28,686 bases of DNA, taken from IMG/VR virus record IMGVR_UViG_3300027627_000219, positions 1-28,686 of that record. The stretch is one strand, 5' to 3'. The notes under the pieces are model-generated. The model saw nothing but the letters and a program-made list of their open reading frames with translations. It was not told the origin of the DNA and made no database searches. The position numbers and the translations under genes are program-made. The stretch is from a virus. Taxonomy: Duplodnaviria > Caudoviricetes. Below, piece after piece: positions 7,380-16,999 of this stretch. Position 1 is the first letter of the stretch. Each line of letters begins with the position of its first letter.

Positions 7380-8942
7380 ATGCTTAATTCTTTCTCCCGC
7401 GCACCGCAGACGCAACGCTCACAGAGCATCAGCGTTGCTGCGCCTATCGGCGGCTGGAATGCCAGAGATGCGCTGGGTGCGATGGAGCCGATGGATGCGG
7501 TTACCCTGACCAACTTCTGGCCCGGTACAAACAGCGTCATCCTGCGCAACGGCTACACGAAATTTGCTACAGGAATCACGGGACAGATCGAATCCCTGAT
7601 GGCGTATTCGTCCGGCACAGCCAACAAGCTCTTCGCCGCGGCAACCACGAAGATCTACAACATCACCGCTGGAGGCGCGATCGGCGCGGCTGATGTCAGT
7701 TCCCTGACAAACGCCAGGTGGCAGTACGTCAACTTCACCACCTCGGCAGCAAGCTATCTGATGTGCGTGAATGGTGCAGACAAGCTCCGCATCTACGATG
7801 GCACGAACTGGCACAAAGATGGTGACGGTTCACCTTATGACATCACGAACGTGGATACCGCAACCTGTCCCAACATCCACATCTTCAAGAACCGCATCTG
7901 GCTGATCCAGACAGGAACCCTGAAGGCCTGGTATCTGCCGATTAACGCGATCGGCGGTGCTGCCGTTGCTCTGGATATGTCTAGCCTCGCCATGCAGGGT
8001 GGTTACCTGATGGCGGCAATGACGTTCACGCTCGACGGCGGCTACGGTGTGGACGACTACCTAGCCTTCATCACCAGCAAAGGCGAGGTATTGACCTGGC
8101 GGCTGACAGATCCGACCACGCCATCTGGAATCGCTTTAATCGGGGTTTACAGCCTCGCTGCGCCTGTCGGAAGGCGGTGCTTCATCAAGTACGGCGGCGA
8201 TCTGTTGATCATCACGCAGGACGGTGTGGTGCCTTTGTCGCAAGCCCTGCAATCCGCTCGTACAGGTCCGAGGATCAGCATCACCGACAAAATACAGTTT
8301 GCGGTGGGCGAGGCGACTGATACCTACGGGAATAACTTCGGCTGGCAGTTGCTGTTGGTGCCAAAGTTTAACCAGCTCTACCTGAACGTGCCGGTGATGG
8401 AAGGCAGTCAGCAGCAGCAATACGTCCAGAACAACATCACGAAATCATGGGCGAATTTCACAGGCTGGACGGCAAACTGCTGGGAGATCTACGAGGAGAA
8501 TCCGTATTTCGGTGCTGATGGGTATGTAGGTCTGGCATGGAATGGGACGGTCGATGACACGAGCGACATTGCAGGATTCGGGTTGCAGTCCTTTCAAAGC
8601 TATGGAACTGCGACACAAAAGCAATGCAAGATGATCCGTTACCATTTCCTGACTAACGGCACTCCCAGCGTTTTCGGGAATGTGAACGTGGATTACAACC
8701 TCGCCGATCAATCAGCGCAGTTGTCGTTTTCTGCCTCTGCCTATGCAATCTGGAACACGAGCGTCTGGGGCGTTCCTCCATCGACTGCCATTTGGGGTTC
8801 CGATCTCGTACCGAATGCGGATTGGCAGGGAACGACAGAAATCGGCTACACCTTTGCTCCGTTGATCAAGACCAGCACTCAGGGTATAGCGTTGCAATGG
8901 GTCGCTACGGATCTGGTCTTTGAAGTCGGAGGAATACTCTGA
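7380..8942 (+). CDS. tail nozzle / DNA stabilization protein (tail tubular protein B-like)
   Basis: 520 aa, beta-propeller-like with Trp/Gly-rich strands (APIGGWNARD, FKNRIW, KYGGDLLIITQDG); podovirus gene order. Confidence 0.75.
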   Translation: MLNSFSRAPQTQRSQSISVAAPIGGWNARDALGAMEPMDAVTLTNFWPGTNSVILRNGYTKFATGITGQIESLMAYSSGTANKLFAAATTKIYNITAGGAIGAADVSSLTNARWQYVNFTTSAASYLMCVNGADKLRIYDGTNWHKDGDGSPYDITNVDTATCPNIHIFKNRIWLIQTGTLKAWYLPINAIGGAAVALDMSSLAMQGGYLMAAMTFTLDGGYGVDDYLAFITSKGEVLTWRLTDPTTPSGIALIGVYSLAAPVGRRCFIKYGGDLLIITQDGVVPLSQALQSARTGPRISITDKIQFAVGEATDTYGNNFGWQLLLVPKFNQLYLNVPVMEGSQQQQYVQNNITKSWANFTGWTANCWEIYEENPYFGADGYVGLAWNGTVDDTSDIAGFGLQSFQSYGTATQKQCKMIRYHFLTNGTPSVFGNVNVDYNLADQSAQLSFSASAYAIWNTSVWGVPPSTAIWGSDLVPNADWQGTTEIGYTFAPLIKTSTQGIALQWVATDLVFEVGGIL

Positions 8943-9376
8943 GTGAGATCATTAAAGGACACGAGGTTGGAGAATGGGTTGCGAAACGTGTTCGCGGTGG
9001 ATACTTTGCAGAACGCAGTCAGGCAATCGGACTCAAGCGTGGCGAGATCGTTGCCGGTGTTATCTACGAGAACTGGAACCACGCGAGCATCTGGTGCCAC
9101 ATTGCAGTTGAAGGCAGGCTCACGCCGGAATACCTGGCGGCGATATTTGATTACCCGTTCAACGTGTGCCAAGTGGAAAAGATTATCGTGCCGGTCGGAA
9201 GCGAGAATGACGAGAGCTTGCGGCTGGTGAAGAAGATGGGTTTTGTCGAAGAGGGCAGAATCAAAGACGGTCGCCCAGACGGTGACATTGTATTTTTGAC
9301 GCTGGCACGGGATTCGTGCCGGTACACAGGAGAACGATATGGGAAAAGACTCACCCAGCCCACCCGCTGTGCCTGA
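8939..9376 (+). CDS. GNAT-fold acetyltransferase-like virion assembly protein, probable CTG start
   Basis: Frame open from 8924: LSEIIKGHEVGEWVAKR...IVAGVIYENWN...IFDYPFNVCQVEKI...NDESLRLVKKMGFVEEG. The ORF track shows only the last 70 aa. Confidence 0.8.
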   Translation: MSEIIKGHEVGEWVAKRVRGGYFAERSQAIGLKRGEIVAGVIYENWNHASIWCHIAVEGRLTPEYLAAIFDYPFNVCQVEKIIVPVGSENDESLRLVKKMGFVEEGRIKDGRPDGDIVFLTLARDSCRYTGERYGKRLTQPTRCA

Positions 9377-11003
9377 CTACCCCGGAGCCGCTCAAGCACA
9401 AGGAGTTGCAAACGAAGCTGCAGCGCGACTGAGTGGACGGCTAAGCAATCCGAACATCTATGGCCCGTATGGGAGCCAGACGGTAACTTTCGGATCGCCG
9501 AGTTTCGACCAGGCGAACTACGACAAAGCAATGTCTTCGTATCAAGCCAACCCCCGCGGGGCGGTGCCGATGCAGAACCAATTCTACACAGAGGAAGGGT
9601 TCGATACCGCTGGCTATCAGAATGCAATGAACAAATGGGCGGCAGGGACGAATGCGCCGACGAGGGAGCAATACACAACCAACGTCAACGCAGACCAGCC
9701 GACAGTAACTCAGACTCTGAATCCGCAAGCGCAAAAGACTCTAGACGCGCAGCAACGGGTGCAGACAAATCTTGCCAATCTTGGCGAGCAAGGAATCGGA
9801 ACTGCACAGAAGATTTTGGGAACGCCATTTTCCTTTGGTGGGCCTGGAATACAAACCTCACTCGGCAACGCTGGGCCGATCCTAACAGGAGTCAATCCTG
9901 CGGGTTATGAGGCTCAAGGACGAGTGACTGCCGGTCCCATACAAACCGGAGTCAATCCTGCTGGATACGAGGCGCAAGGACGGTTAGACACATCAAGGAT
10001 CGCTGCGATGCCTGTGAATGCAGGCACAACCGCACAGCAGGCGATCATGTCGCGGCTAGATCCGAGCATTGCCAGAAACAGGGTAAGCACGGAAACGCAA
10101 CTGATCAACCAAGGCTTGCGACCTGGCGGCGAGGCGTACAACAACGCCATCAATCTTCTGGGACAGCAGGAAAACGATCAGCGAACGCAAGCGGCTTTGC
10201 AAGGTATCGGTTTGGACTTTTCTGCCAATCAGCAAGGTTTTGGGCAAGCGACTCAACAAAACGCAATCGCAAACCAAGCCTCGGCGCAGAACCTTCAGAA
10301 TCTCCAGAACTACCAGCAACAGCAAAATGCTGCTCAAGGCTTGAAATTTGGGCAAGATTTGCAGGGTACACAGTTTGCCAACCAAGCCGCGGCGCAGAAT
10401 CTCCAGAACTTGCAAAACTATCAGCAGCAACAAAATGCCGCCCAAGGGCTGCAATTTAATCAAGGCTTAGTAGGAAAGCAGTTTGAGAATACGGCAGAAC
10501 AGAATGCGTTCGCTCGGGCAATGCAACTTCGCGGGATGCCGTTGAACGAAATCACCGCGCTTATGAGCGGATCGCAGATCCAGAATCCGACATTCCAGCC
10601 GTATCAGGGCCAGAGCGTGGCACCGGCTCCGGTTGCTCAAGCCGCGGCGCAACAGGCTCAGTACGGACAGAATATCTACAACCAGCAGATGGGCCAATCA
10701 AACGCAAACACGGCTGGGTTGTACAGCTTGGGTGGTGCTGGGTTGGGGGCTCTCGGAACGATGGGATCAACAGCATCGGGAAGTGCTGCGTTGGCTGGAA
10801 TGTTTTCTGATCGGCGCTTGAAATCAAACATCGAAAGAATTGGAACGCATCCGCTCGGAATAGGAATCTACGAGTACGACATATTCGGAAAACGAGATGT
10901 TGGCATGATGGCAGACGAAGTGGAAAGCGTTTCTCCTGCATCTGTAATAACCCATCCTAGCGGGTTCCAGATGGTTGATTACAGGAGCATTCCAAATGGC
11001 TAA
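9339..11003 (+). CDS. internal virion/ejection protein with C-terminal Peptidase_S74-like chaperone domain
   Basis: MGKDSPSPP start, Gln/Asn/Ala-rich body, Gly-rich hydrophobic segment, then SDRRLKSNI...GMMADEV...VDY. Confidence 0.75.
   Translation: MGKDSPSPPAVPDYPGAAQAQGVANEAAARLSGRLSNPNIYGPYGSQTVTFGSPSFDQANYDKAMSSYQANPRGAVPMQNQFYTEEGFDTAGYQNAMNKWAAGTNAPTREQYTTNVNADQPTVTQTLNPQAQKTLDAQQRVQTNLANLGEQGIGTAQKILGTPFSFGGPGIQTSLGNAGPILTGVNPAGYEAQGRVTAGPIQTGVNPAGYEAQGRLDTSRIAAMPVNAGTTAQQAIMSRLDPSIARNRVSTETQLINQGLRPGGEAYNNAINLLGQQENDQRTQAALQGIGLDFSANQQGFGQATQQNAIANQASAQNLQNLQNYQQQQNAAQGLKFGQDLQGTQFANQAAAQNLQNLQNYQQQQNAAQGLQFNQGLVGKQFENTAEQNAFARAMQLRGMPLNEITALMSGSQIQNPTFQPYQGQSVAPAPVAQAAAQQAQYGQNIYNQQMGQSNANTAGLYSLGGAGLGALGTMGSTASGSAALAGMFSDRRLKSNIERIGTHPLGIGIYEYDIFGKRDVGMMADEVESVSPASVITHPSGFQMVDYRSIPNG
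9873..9983 (+). repeat. 60-nt (20-aa) tandem coding repeat x2
   Basis: GPILTGVNPAGYEAQGR at 9873 and GPIQTGVNPAGYEAQGR at 9933. Confidence 0.9.
10269..10457 (+). repeat. 108-nt (36-aa) period coding repeat x2
   Basis: ANQASAQNLQNLQNYQQQQNAAQGLKF at 10269 and ANQAAAQNLQNLQNYQQQQNAAQGLQF at 10377. Confidence 0.9.
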
Positions 11004-12723
11004 TACAGACATCAATCTCAGCCCGTACACCGCAGAGAGCGAGGCAATTGCTCGACGCATGAAGATGGCAGAACTGCTCCAGCAGCAGGCGATGCAGCCG
11101 CTGGAGACTCCAGGCATGGCGGGTGGCTACCAGCTCGCTGTGAGCCCATACGCTGGCCTTGCGAAGATTCTGCAGGGCTACAACTCGATGCAGGCTGGAC
11201 GGGGCGCAGAGGCTGAAAGGAAGGCGCTGGGAGAACGGTATCAATCAGACCTTATTTCTACTCTAAACCGCGCAAATGAACTTTCATTTGGCAAGCCAGC
11301 CATTGCAGAACAAGCACCGGTCACTCAAGTTGATGATGAAGGTTATCCAAACCCTGTTGTTGCAGGATCTCCTGCGGTTGCTCCTAACCCAGAAGCTGCC
11401 GCAAGGGAGTATTTCAAGCATCCTGCTACGCAAGCAATGGGCATGAATCAACTACAAAAAATAGCACAAACACAGCAATTTATAAATGCAGGAAATGCAG
11501 GAAACGCGCCGCCTATTACATCAGTCACTAATGCAGGCGTAACGCCAGCAACATCAACTTCTGGATCAACAGTTGTTCCACAAGGTGGTTCGCAAAAATT
11601 AGCCTCTGCATTGACTGGGTTCGGCGGTCTTGCTGGCGGTCAACGTATGGAGCTTTACTTGCAAACAGATCCAACCGGGAAATCTTACCTTGAACAACTT
11701 GCAAAAGACTTTTCTGATGCAAACAAGCCAACAGACAAAATAAGGGAGCTTAGCGCTGCTGGCGTAAAACCGGGTTCCCCACAATGGAACGCTGCTTTGA
11801 CCAACATAAATACCGCTGGTGGCATTTTCCAACCAAATGCACAAGGTGGCGTAGAACTTGCGAAGGGATTTGCGGTTGGAGCAGGAGACATAAAACGCGC
11901 AGAAGAAGAGGCAAAAGCAGAAAATGAAGTAGTTACGAGAATGGTTGGTGGGCGAGAAGTATTAGGGACAAATCGGCAGTTCAAGATTCTTGCCACAGGC
12001 GATGCTGCCACCGTGGGAGAAGCGAAAAGTGTTGCTGCTTGGGCCAATAGAAACAAAATACAATTAGGCATAGATATTCCTTCGACAGGCGGGACTCCTC
12101 AAGGAGCGAGTGAAGGAAGCGCACCTGGACAAACAGGTTCTGTTAGTAATCCAACCTCTGCAGAACTAGCAGAAGCGAAAGAATTTGCAACAGGTGGAGC
12201 TGCTTCAATAAATAAAAAATTAGACGAATCTTATGCTCTTGCAAGAAATTCGGTTGATAGGATCGTCACGCTCAATGAGTTGAAATCTTCCATTGCACTT
12301 CCAGCATTTAGTGGGCCTGGCACTTCAACGCAACTGACGTTAGGGCAACTGGCAAATAAATTTTATGGAGCAAAAAATTCTGAGGTTCTTGTAAACACTA
12401 CCGCAAAACTGCAAGGTCTTGCTGATTTAAGTTTGAAAGCAGCAGGACTCATGCAAGGGCAGGGAGCAATTACAGGGCCAGAACGAGACTTGCTGGAAAG
12501 AGCAAAATCCGCACCAAAGGATTTGACAGTTCCAGAGTACAAAGCAGTATTTGCAATTCTTGAAAGACAAGATGCAGCAATAATAAAACAACATCAAGAA
12601 ATTATAAACAGAGCAAAAAGAGCAGGATCAAGAAATACGGACTTTTATATTGTTGATGTTCCCATTCCTAATGAGTTGAATTTATCTCCTAGAGCTCGGG
12701 AACTTCTGGGAGGGAAACCATAA
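10996..12723 (+). CDS. ejection (DNA transfer) protein
   Basis: RBS aggag at 10983; helical protein IARRMKMAELLQQQA..., GQGAITGPERDLL motif; position among internal virion genes. Confidence 0.65.
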   Translation: MANTDINLSPYTAESEAIARRMKMAELLQQQAMQPLETPGMAGGYQLAVSPYAGLAKILQGYNSMQAGRGAEAERKALGERYQSDLISTLNRANELSFGKPAIAEQAPVTQVDDEGYPNPVVAGSPAVAPNPEAAAREYFKHPATQAMGMNQLQKIAQTQQFINAGNAGNAPPITSVTNAGVTPATSTSGSTVVPQGGSQKLASALTGFGGLAGGQRMELYLQTDPTGKSYLEQLAKDFSDANKPTDKIRELSAAGVKPGSPQWNAALTNINTAGGIFQPNAQGGVELAKGFAVGAGDIKRAEEEAKAENEVVTRMVGGREVLGTNRQFKILATGDAATVGEAKSVAAWANRNKIQLGIDIPSTGGTPQGASEGSAPGQTGSVSNPTSAELAEAKEFATGGAASINKKLDESYALARNSVDRIVTLNELKSSIALPAFSGPGTSTQLTLGQLANKFYGAKNSEVLVNTTAKLQGLADLSLKAAGLMQGQGAITGPERDLLERAKSAPKDLTVPEYKAVFAILERQDAAIIKQHQEIINRAKRAGSRNTDFYIVDVPIPNELNLSPRARELLGGKP

Positions 12724-14606
12724 TGGCTGAAAAAGTTATCAGCTCGCCATCTATGCGGCAAATTGAAGCCGCAATAAATGCAGAGGCAGAAAAACCAAAT
12801 CCTGATTTGAACGCGATGAAAGAATTGCTTGATATGTCGCGCAACTTTCTCAATGCAAGTGGCGTACAACAACCAGGCCCACCAAGTGCGCAAGAAAAAT
12901 TTACAGAGGTAATGAAGGCAGAACCAAACTACAAACAAGCATTAATTGGGGCTGGGACTGTTTTGCCCAGAGCTGCACAAGGAATCAGAGGGATATATGG
13001 TGAAGTACCAAAACAAGAAATAGATGAATTAAAAATGGCACGAGACGCAACTCTTGCGTCTTCGATGGGAGCAGTTGCTGGGGATATAGCCTTTGGTGGA
13101 AGTTTACCCACAAAAATATTGGGCGCAATTCCTGGCATAGCAAAAACAATACCGTCCTTGTTTTCCCGTCCTGGTCAAATTGGCGACTTGATGGTAACAA
13201 ATGCCGTGACACAGGCAGCATTAGCTCCAGAAGATAAAGGAATTGCGGCTGCGTGGGGGGCAGGGGCTGGAGTGTTGCCTGGTGTATTTGGCGCAGGACA
13301 GAGGGTGCTTCCTCAATCCGTTGGAGGTGTAAGCAGGCCTCAAGTTGTTGGTGAAAACCTGTTGCGGGATTTGGGGCCTAATTCAGAAAGAATTATCAGT
13401 CAACTTGAAAGAAAATATAACGCTGTTCCAGGCGTTTCAGGCACCTCGTCTGTAGTCACGCAAAACCCATATCTTAGAACTTTGGAAACAGGTTCCAGAG
13501 TTGGGAATCCTCAATTGTGGATGCCGTTAGATGAGTCCAATGCAACGGCAAGGCTTGTTGAATTGTTGAGATTGTCTGGAACAAAAGCAGAACGTGATTC
13601 GTTGAGAGATGCTCGAACAGTAACTACAACCGGACTTAGGAACGAGGCTTTTGACGCAGCAAAAACAATCGAAGGAATGAGCAGACAGGAAACGCTTTTG
13701 CCGCTCAGAAGCAGTCTTGATTCTTTGGCAAAGGGTGAGCAAAGAGAAAATCCGGCTGTCCAAAAAATTGTCAAATATGTTCTTGGTGCAATGGACAATC
13801 CTGCTGGTATTACTCCAGAACAAATGTACACGGTCAGAAAAATATTAACTGGTCAATTAAAAACAGGCGCAAATGATGATCTTGGTGCGGCAGCAGCAGC
13901 AGCAAGGAGAGAAACGGTAGGCATTGTCAAAGGCATTGACGACAGCCTTGATAATTTGTCCGGTGGTATGTGGTCTGATTATTTGAAAGCATATGGTGCA
14001 GCCAGCAAAGATTTGAACAGTAAAGAGGCTTTGCAAGAAGTTATAAACAGAATTTCAAAAGGCCATGCAGAGGGGCGCACTCCAGCAGCTTTGTCTGGAC
14101 AAACTGGAGAACTAACACTAGGCCGAGCAACAGAAGATTTAACCAAACAGCAATTTGGTTCAAAAATGATTGATTTGCTTACACAAGAAGCAAGGCAGTC
14201 AATTGAACAAATGAAACAAGATCTAATGCGAACTGGTCAAGGAATGAACGCAAGGGCTACTGGTGGATCACCGACAGCCACATATCAAGCAGCGAGAGGA
14301 CAGGCTAACGATCTGGCGAGCCAGTTGGCTGGCTATACAGGAGCAGCGGCTGGCGGCGCGATGGCTGGCAATGTTGGTGCTGCAATAGGTGGAACCGTTG
14401 GTGGAACCCTTGGCAAAGGAATGACTGGTCAATCTGGATTAAAAAACCAAGAAATTCTTGCAAGGCTTTTGCAGAATCCAGAATACATGGCAGAGATGTT
14501 GAAGAAAGCCAGACAATCACAATTTCTTCTTGATATATCAAAACGACTTGGTGCTGGTTCTGCTAACGCAGCCAATTCTTCAAACGTACAAATCCCAGAT
14601 TTATAA
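12723..14606 (+). CDS. ejection (DNA transfer) protein
   Basis: 627 aa helical with glycine-zipper segments (GAAAGGAMAGNVGAAIGGTVGG); TAATG coupling; precedes the tail fibre. Confidence 0.65.
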   Translation: MAEKVISSPSMRQIEAAINAEAEKPNPDLNAMKELLDMSRNFLNASGVQQPGPPSAQEKFTEVMKAEPNYKQALIGAGTVLPRAAQGIRGIYGEVPKQEIDELKMARDATLASSMGAVAGDIAFGGSLPTKILGAIPGIAKTIPSLFSRPGQIGDLMVTNAVTQAALAPEDKGIAAAWGAGAGVLPGVFGAGQRVLPQSVGGVSRPQVVGENLLRDLGPNSERIISQLERKYNAVPGVSGTSSVVTQNPYLRTLETGSRVGNPQLWMPLDESNATARLVELLRLSGTKAERDSLRDARTVTTTGLRNEAFDAAKTIEGMSRQETLLPLRSSLDSLAKGEQRENPAVQKIVKYVLGAMDNPAGITPEQMYTVRKILTGQLKTGANDDLGAAAAAARRETVGIVKGIDDSLDNLSGGMWSDYLKAYGAASKDLNSKEALQEVINRISKGHAEGRTPAALSGQTGELTLGRATEDLTKQQFGSKMIDLLTQEARQSIEQMKQDLMRTGQGMNARATGGSPTATYQAARGQANDLASQLAGYTGAAAGGAMAGNVGAAIGGTVGGTLGKGMTGQSGLKNQEILARLLQNPEYMAEMLKKARQSQFLLDISKRLGAGSANAANSSNVQIPDL

Positions 14607-14617
14607 GGAAATCAACA

Positions 14618-16144
14618 ATGAGCTACAACGGCAGCGGTACATTTGCAATTAACAGTAGTGGTCAGCCCGTTGTCGCGGGTACGGTGATCAGTTCCACAGT
14701 CTTCAACTCTCTGACGGCAGACCTTGGGACGGGGCTCTCGACTGCGATTACGAAGGACGGGCAGACCACCACTACCGCTCGGATTCTGTTCGCCGCGGGG
14801 ATTAGTTCTACCCTGGCAACCGATGCTACGAGCATCTCTACAGGCTCGATTCTGACGCTGGGTGGGCTGGGAGTGACGAAGGCTGCGTGGATCGGTGGGC
14901 TGATGAACGTAGCAGGCGCAGCCACGTTTCAGTCCACGATCGGCATTACGGGGGCTCTGACCGCAACGACGATCAACGCTTCCGGCCTTGTAGCAATGGC
15001 AGGAGCGGCTACGGTTGGGACGACTTTGGGTGTGACCGGAACCGCTACGATGGCGGCGATCAATGCGAGTGGGGCGATTACTGGAACCACGATATCAAGT
15101 TCCAGCGGGGCAATCACTACAACCACCGACTTCAAAGTACCGACCCTTGGCTACATTTACGCCTATACCGGGGCTGGCGGTGGAACTGTTAAAGCTGGCA
15201 TCCAACTGGACGGTGCTGGGTCTATTTATTCAAAGATTGCGGATACAACAGTTACGCAGGTTACAAGTAGTGGCTTGATCGTAACCGGCACCCTCGGCGT
15301 GGGCGCTGCGCCTGTTTCCGAAAAATTCCGCGTTCAAGCGGCGGCGGGGTTCAACTTCGTTGTTGATAGTGCATCAAGTTCGATGCGTATCAGCGCAGTA
15401 AATGACGCTGATAGCTTGAACGTGCCAATGATACTGCAAGCCACTAGTATAAATATTGGTGGGGCTAATTCTCCTCCGATAACCATACCCGGCACCCTCG
15501 GCGTGACGGGGGATTTTTCCGTCAACACAAACGTAGTTTCGTTGTCTGCGAGTGCTGGCGCAAATGCGTTGAAACTGAGTTCAACGGGGTTTCTGACGGT
15601 TGGCACCGCTACCGCAGCGGGAAACGCTCACGGGTTCAAAAGCACAGCAGCGGGCTCTCAAACGCTGTCTATAGAAAACGCAAACGCCAGTACACCTTTT
15701 GCTGCATATATGTATTACTCGGCAGCGGCTCCAAACGGAACTGGAAACGAATTTCTCATCTGTGCGGATACCGGCGCTACGCGGGCAACGATTCGCTCCA
15801 ACGGCGGTATTGCTAACTTCTCCGCAAACAACGTCAACCTGTCCGATATCCGCACGAAGAAAGACATCCAACCCGCTGGCGCATACCTGCCGAAGATAAT
15901 GGCAATTCCGGTCAAGACGTTCCTTTACAACGATCAGACGGACACCGACCTCAATCTCGGCGTGATCGCACAGGACGTTGAGGCAGTAGCGCCTGAATTA
16001 ATCGACAACAGCGGGTTTGGTGAAACGCCGGATGACGGCATCCCGCTCAAAGCCATCTACCAGACCGATTTGCAATATGCGTTGATGAAGGCTCTGCAAG
16101 AACTCGCCGCAGACTTTCAAGCCTACAAAAACTCCCACCCGTAA
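14618..16144 (+). CDS. tail fibre / receptor-binding protein with C-terminal S74 intramolecular chaperone
   Basis: Anchor-like N-terminus (MSYNGSGTF...ITKDGQTT), Gly/Thr/Ala beta repeats, SDIRTKKDI...LGVIAQDVEAVAPELI...LMKALQEL. Confidence 0.85.
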   Translation: MSYNGSGTFAINSSGQPVVAGTVISSTVFNSLTADLGTGLSTAITKDGQTTTTARILFAAGISSTLATDATSISTGSILTLGGLGVTKAAWIGGLMNVAGAATFQSTIGITGALTATTINASGLVAMAGAATVGTTLGVTGTATMAAINASGAITGTTISSSSGAITTTTDFKVPTLGYIYAYTGAGGGTVKAGIQLDGAGSIYSKIADTTVTQVTSSGLIVTGTLGVGAAPVSEKFRVQAAAGFNFVVDSASSSMRISAVNDADSLNVPMILQATSINIGGANSPPITIPGTLGVTGDFSVNTNVVSLSASAGANALKLSSTGFLTVGTATAAGNAHGFKSTAAGSQTLSIENANASTPFAAYMYYSAAAPNGTGNEFLICADTGATRATIRSNGGIANFSANNVNLSDIRTKKDIQPAGAYLPKIMAIPVKTFLYNDQTDTDLNLGVIAQDVEAVAPELIDNSGFGETPDDGIPLKAIYQTDLQYALMKALQELAADFQAYKNSHP

Positions 16145-16152
16145 GGACTACC

Positions 16153-16311
16153 GTGAGCGAAGAACTGAAAACTGAGCCGCAGGACATCGTGCAAGCAGTC
16201 CAGATGCAGCGGGACACGGCGTTAAACGAAGTGGTGCATCTGAGGGCGCTGCTGTCTGCGGCTGGGCGTAGGATTGAAGAACTGACCAAACCCGTAGTCA
16301 AAGAAGAGTGA
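16153..16311 (+). CDS. small coiled-coil protein (52 aa)
   Basis: GTG start after aagga; MSEELKTEPQDIVQAVQMQRDTALNEVVHLRALLSAAGRRIEELTKPVVKEE; TGATG coupling to the next gene. Confidence 0.65.
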   Translation: MSEELKTEPQDIVQAVQMQRDTALNEVVHLRALLSAAGRRIEELTKPVVKEE

Positions 16312-16478
16312 TGGCTACAACCAACGAACTCGACGTTCGTCTGACCTCGCATGAAGCGGTCTGCGAGTTGCGGTATGAAACCATCAACGCCCGGTTGAAG
16401 CGGATTGAGCATATCGGCTTGAGCGTTGCTGGTTTCATCATTGCCTTGCTGCTCCACCTGACGATCAAAGGACTATGA
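16311..16478 (+). CDS. small membrane protein, XhlA/holin-like (55 aa)
   Basis: MATTNELDVRLTSHEAVCELRYETINARLKRIE followed by one TM helix; coupled at both ends. Confidence 0.7.
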   Translation: MATTNELDVRLTSHEAVCELRYETINARLKRIEHIGLSVAGFIIALLLHLTIKGL

Positions 16479-16999
16479 TGAAAAAGCTGCTCCTCCTCTT
16501 GCTGCTGCCGGTCAACGTGTTTGCTGCCGACTTGATGATCTGCAACGGCGAGTATGCGCTCTGCGCTGCGTCTGGTTCTACGCCCACCGGAAAGACGATC
16601 ACCGTTAAAGGCAAGGTTTTCCAAGAGGGAATGGCGGTGTGTCCTGTCCTTACGGGCCGCAGTATCGCCAACGGTGCGCTGATGAATAACAGTTGCGATG
16701 CTCCTGCCGGGAAGGTCTGGTCGCTGTTTAGCACCGTATCAGAAGCCCCCCAAGCGCCGACATGGGCTGTTGCTCCGCTGGTTCACCGCACCTTTGTCCT
16801 GAGTAAGACAGAGGGCATGAGCAATATGTGGTCATTCATTTGCGATAAGCAAACGAAGAAAACCAACGGCGTACAGCTTGCGTCCTGCTACGGGCCGATC
16901 AATGAGTCCCCGCTGACTAACGGTCATGTGAAGATGGGATCGACAATTGTTACTGATGCTCCGGTTGGAACGCTAAACCCTGTGGGAGGTAATTTCTGA
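16475..16999 (+). CDS. secreted cysteine-containing protein of unknown function
   Basis: Signal peptide MMKKLLLLLLLPVNVFA; six Cys in the mature part. Confidence 0.75.
   Translation: MMKKLLLLLLLPVNVFAADLMICNGEYALCAASGSTPTGKTITVKGKVFQEGMAVCPVLTGRSIANGALMNNSCDAPAGKVWSLFSTVSEAPQAPTWAVAPLVHRTFVLSKTEGMSNMWSFICDKQTKKTNGVQLASCYGPINESPLTNGHVKMGSTIVTDAPVGTLNPVGGNF

Noticed and set aside
8943-9230. 95-aa ORF from the ORF track
   Set aside because: Overlaps the GNAT-like frame (8939-9376), which has recognisable motifs and a better RBS.
9873-10457. Repeats as CRISPR array or DGR template/variable pair
   Set aside because: In-frame coding duplications differing at synonymous positions, not adenine-specific; no spacers, cas or reverse transcriptase genes.
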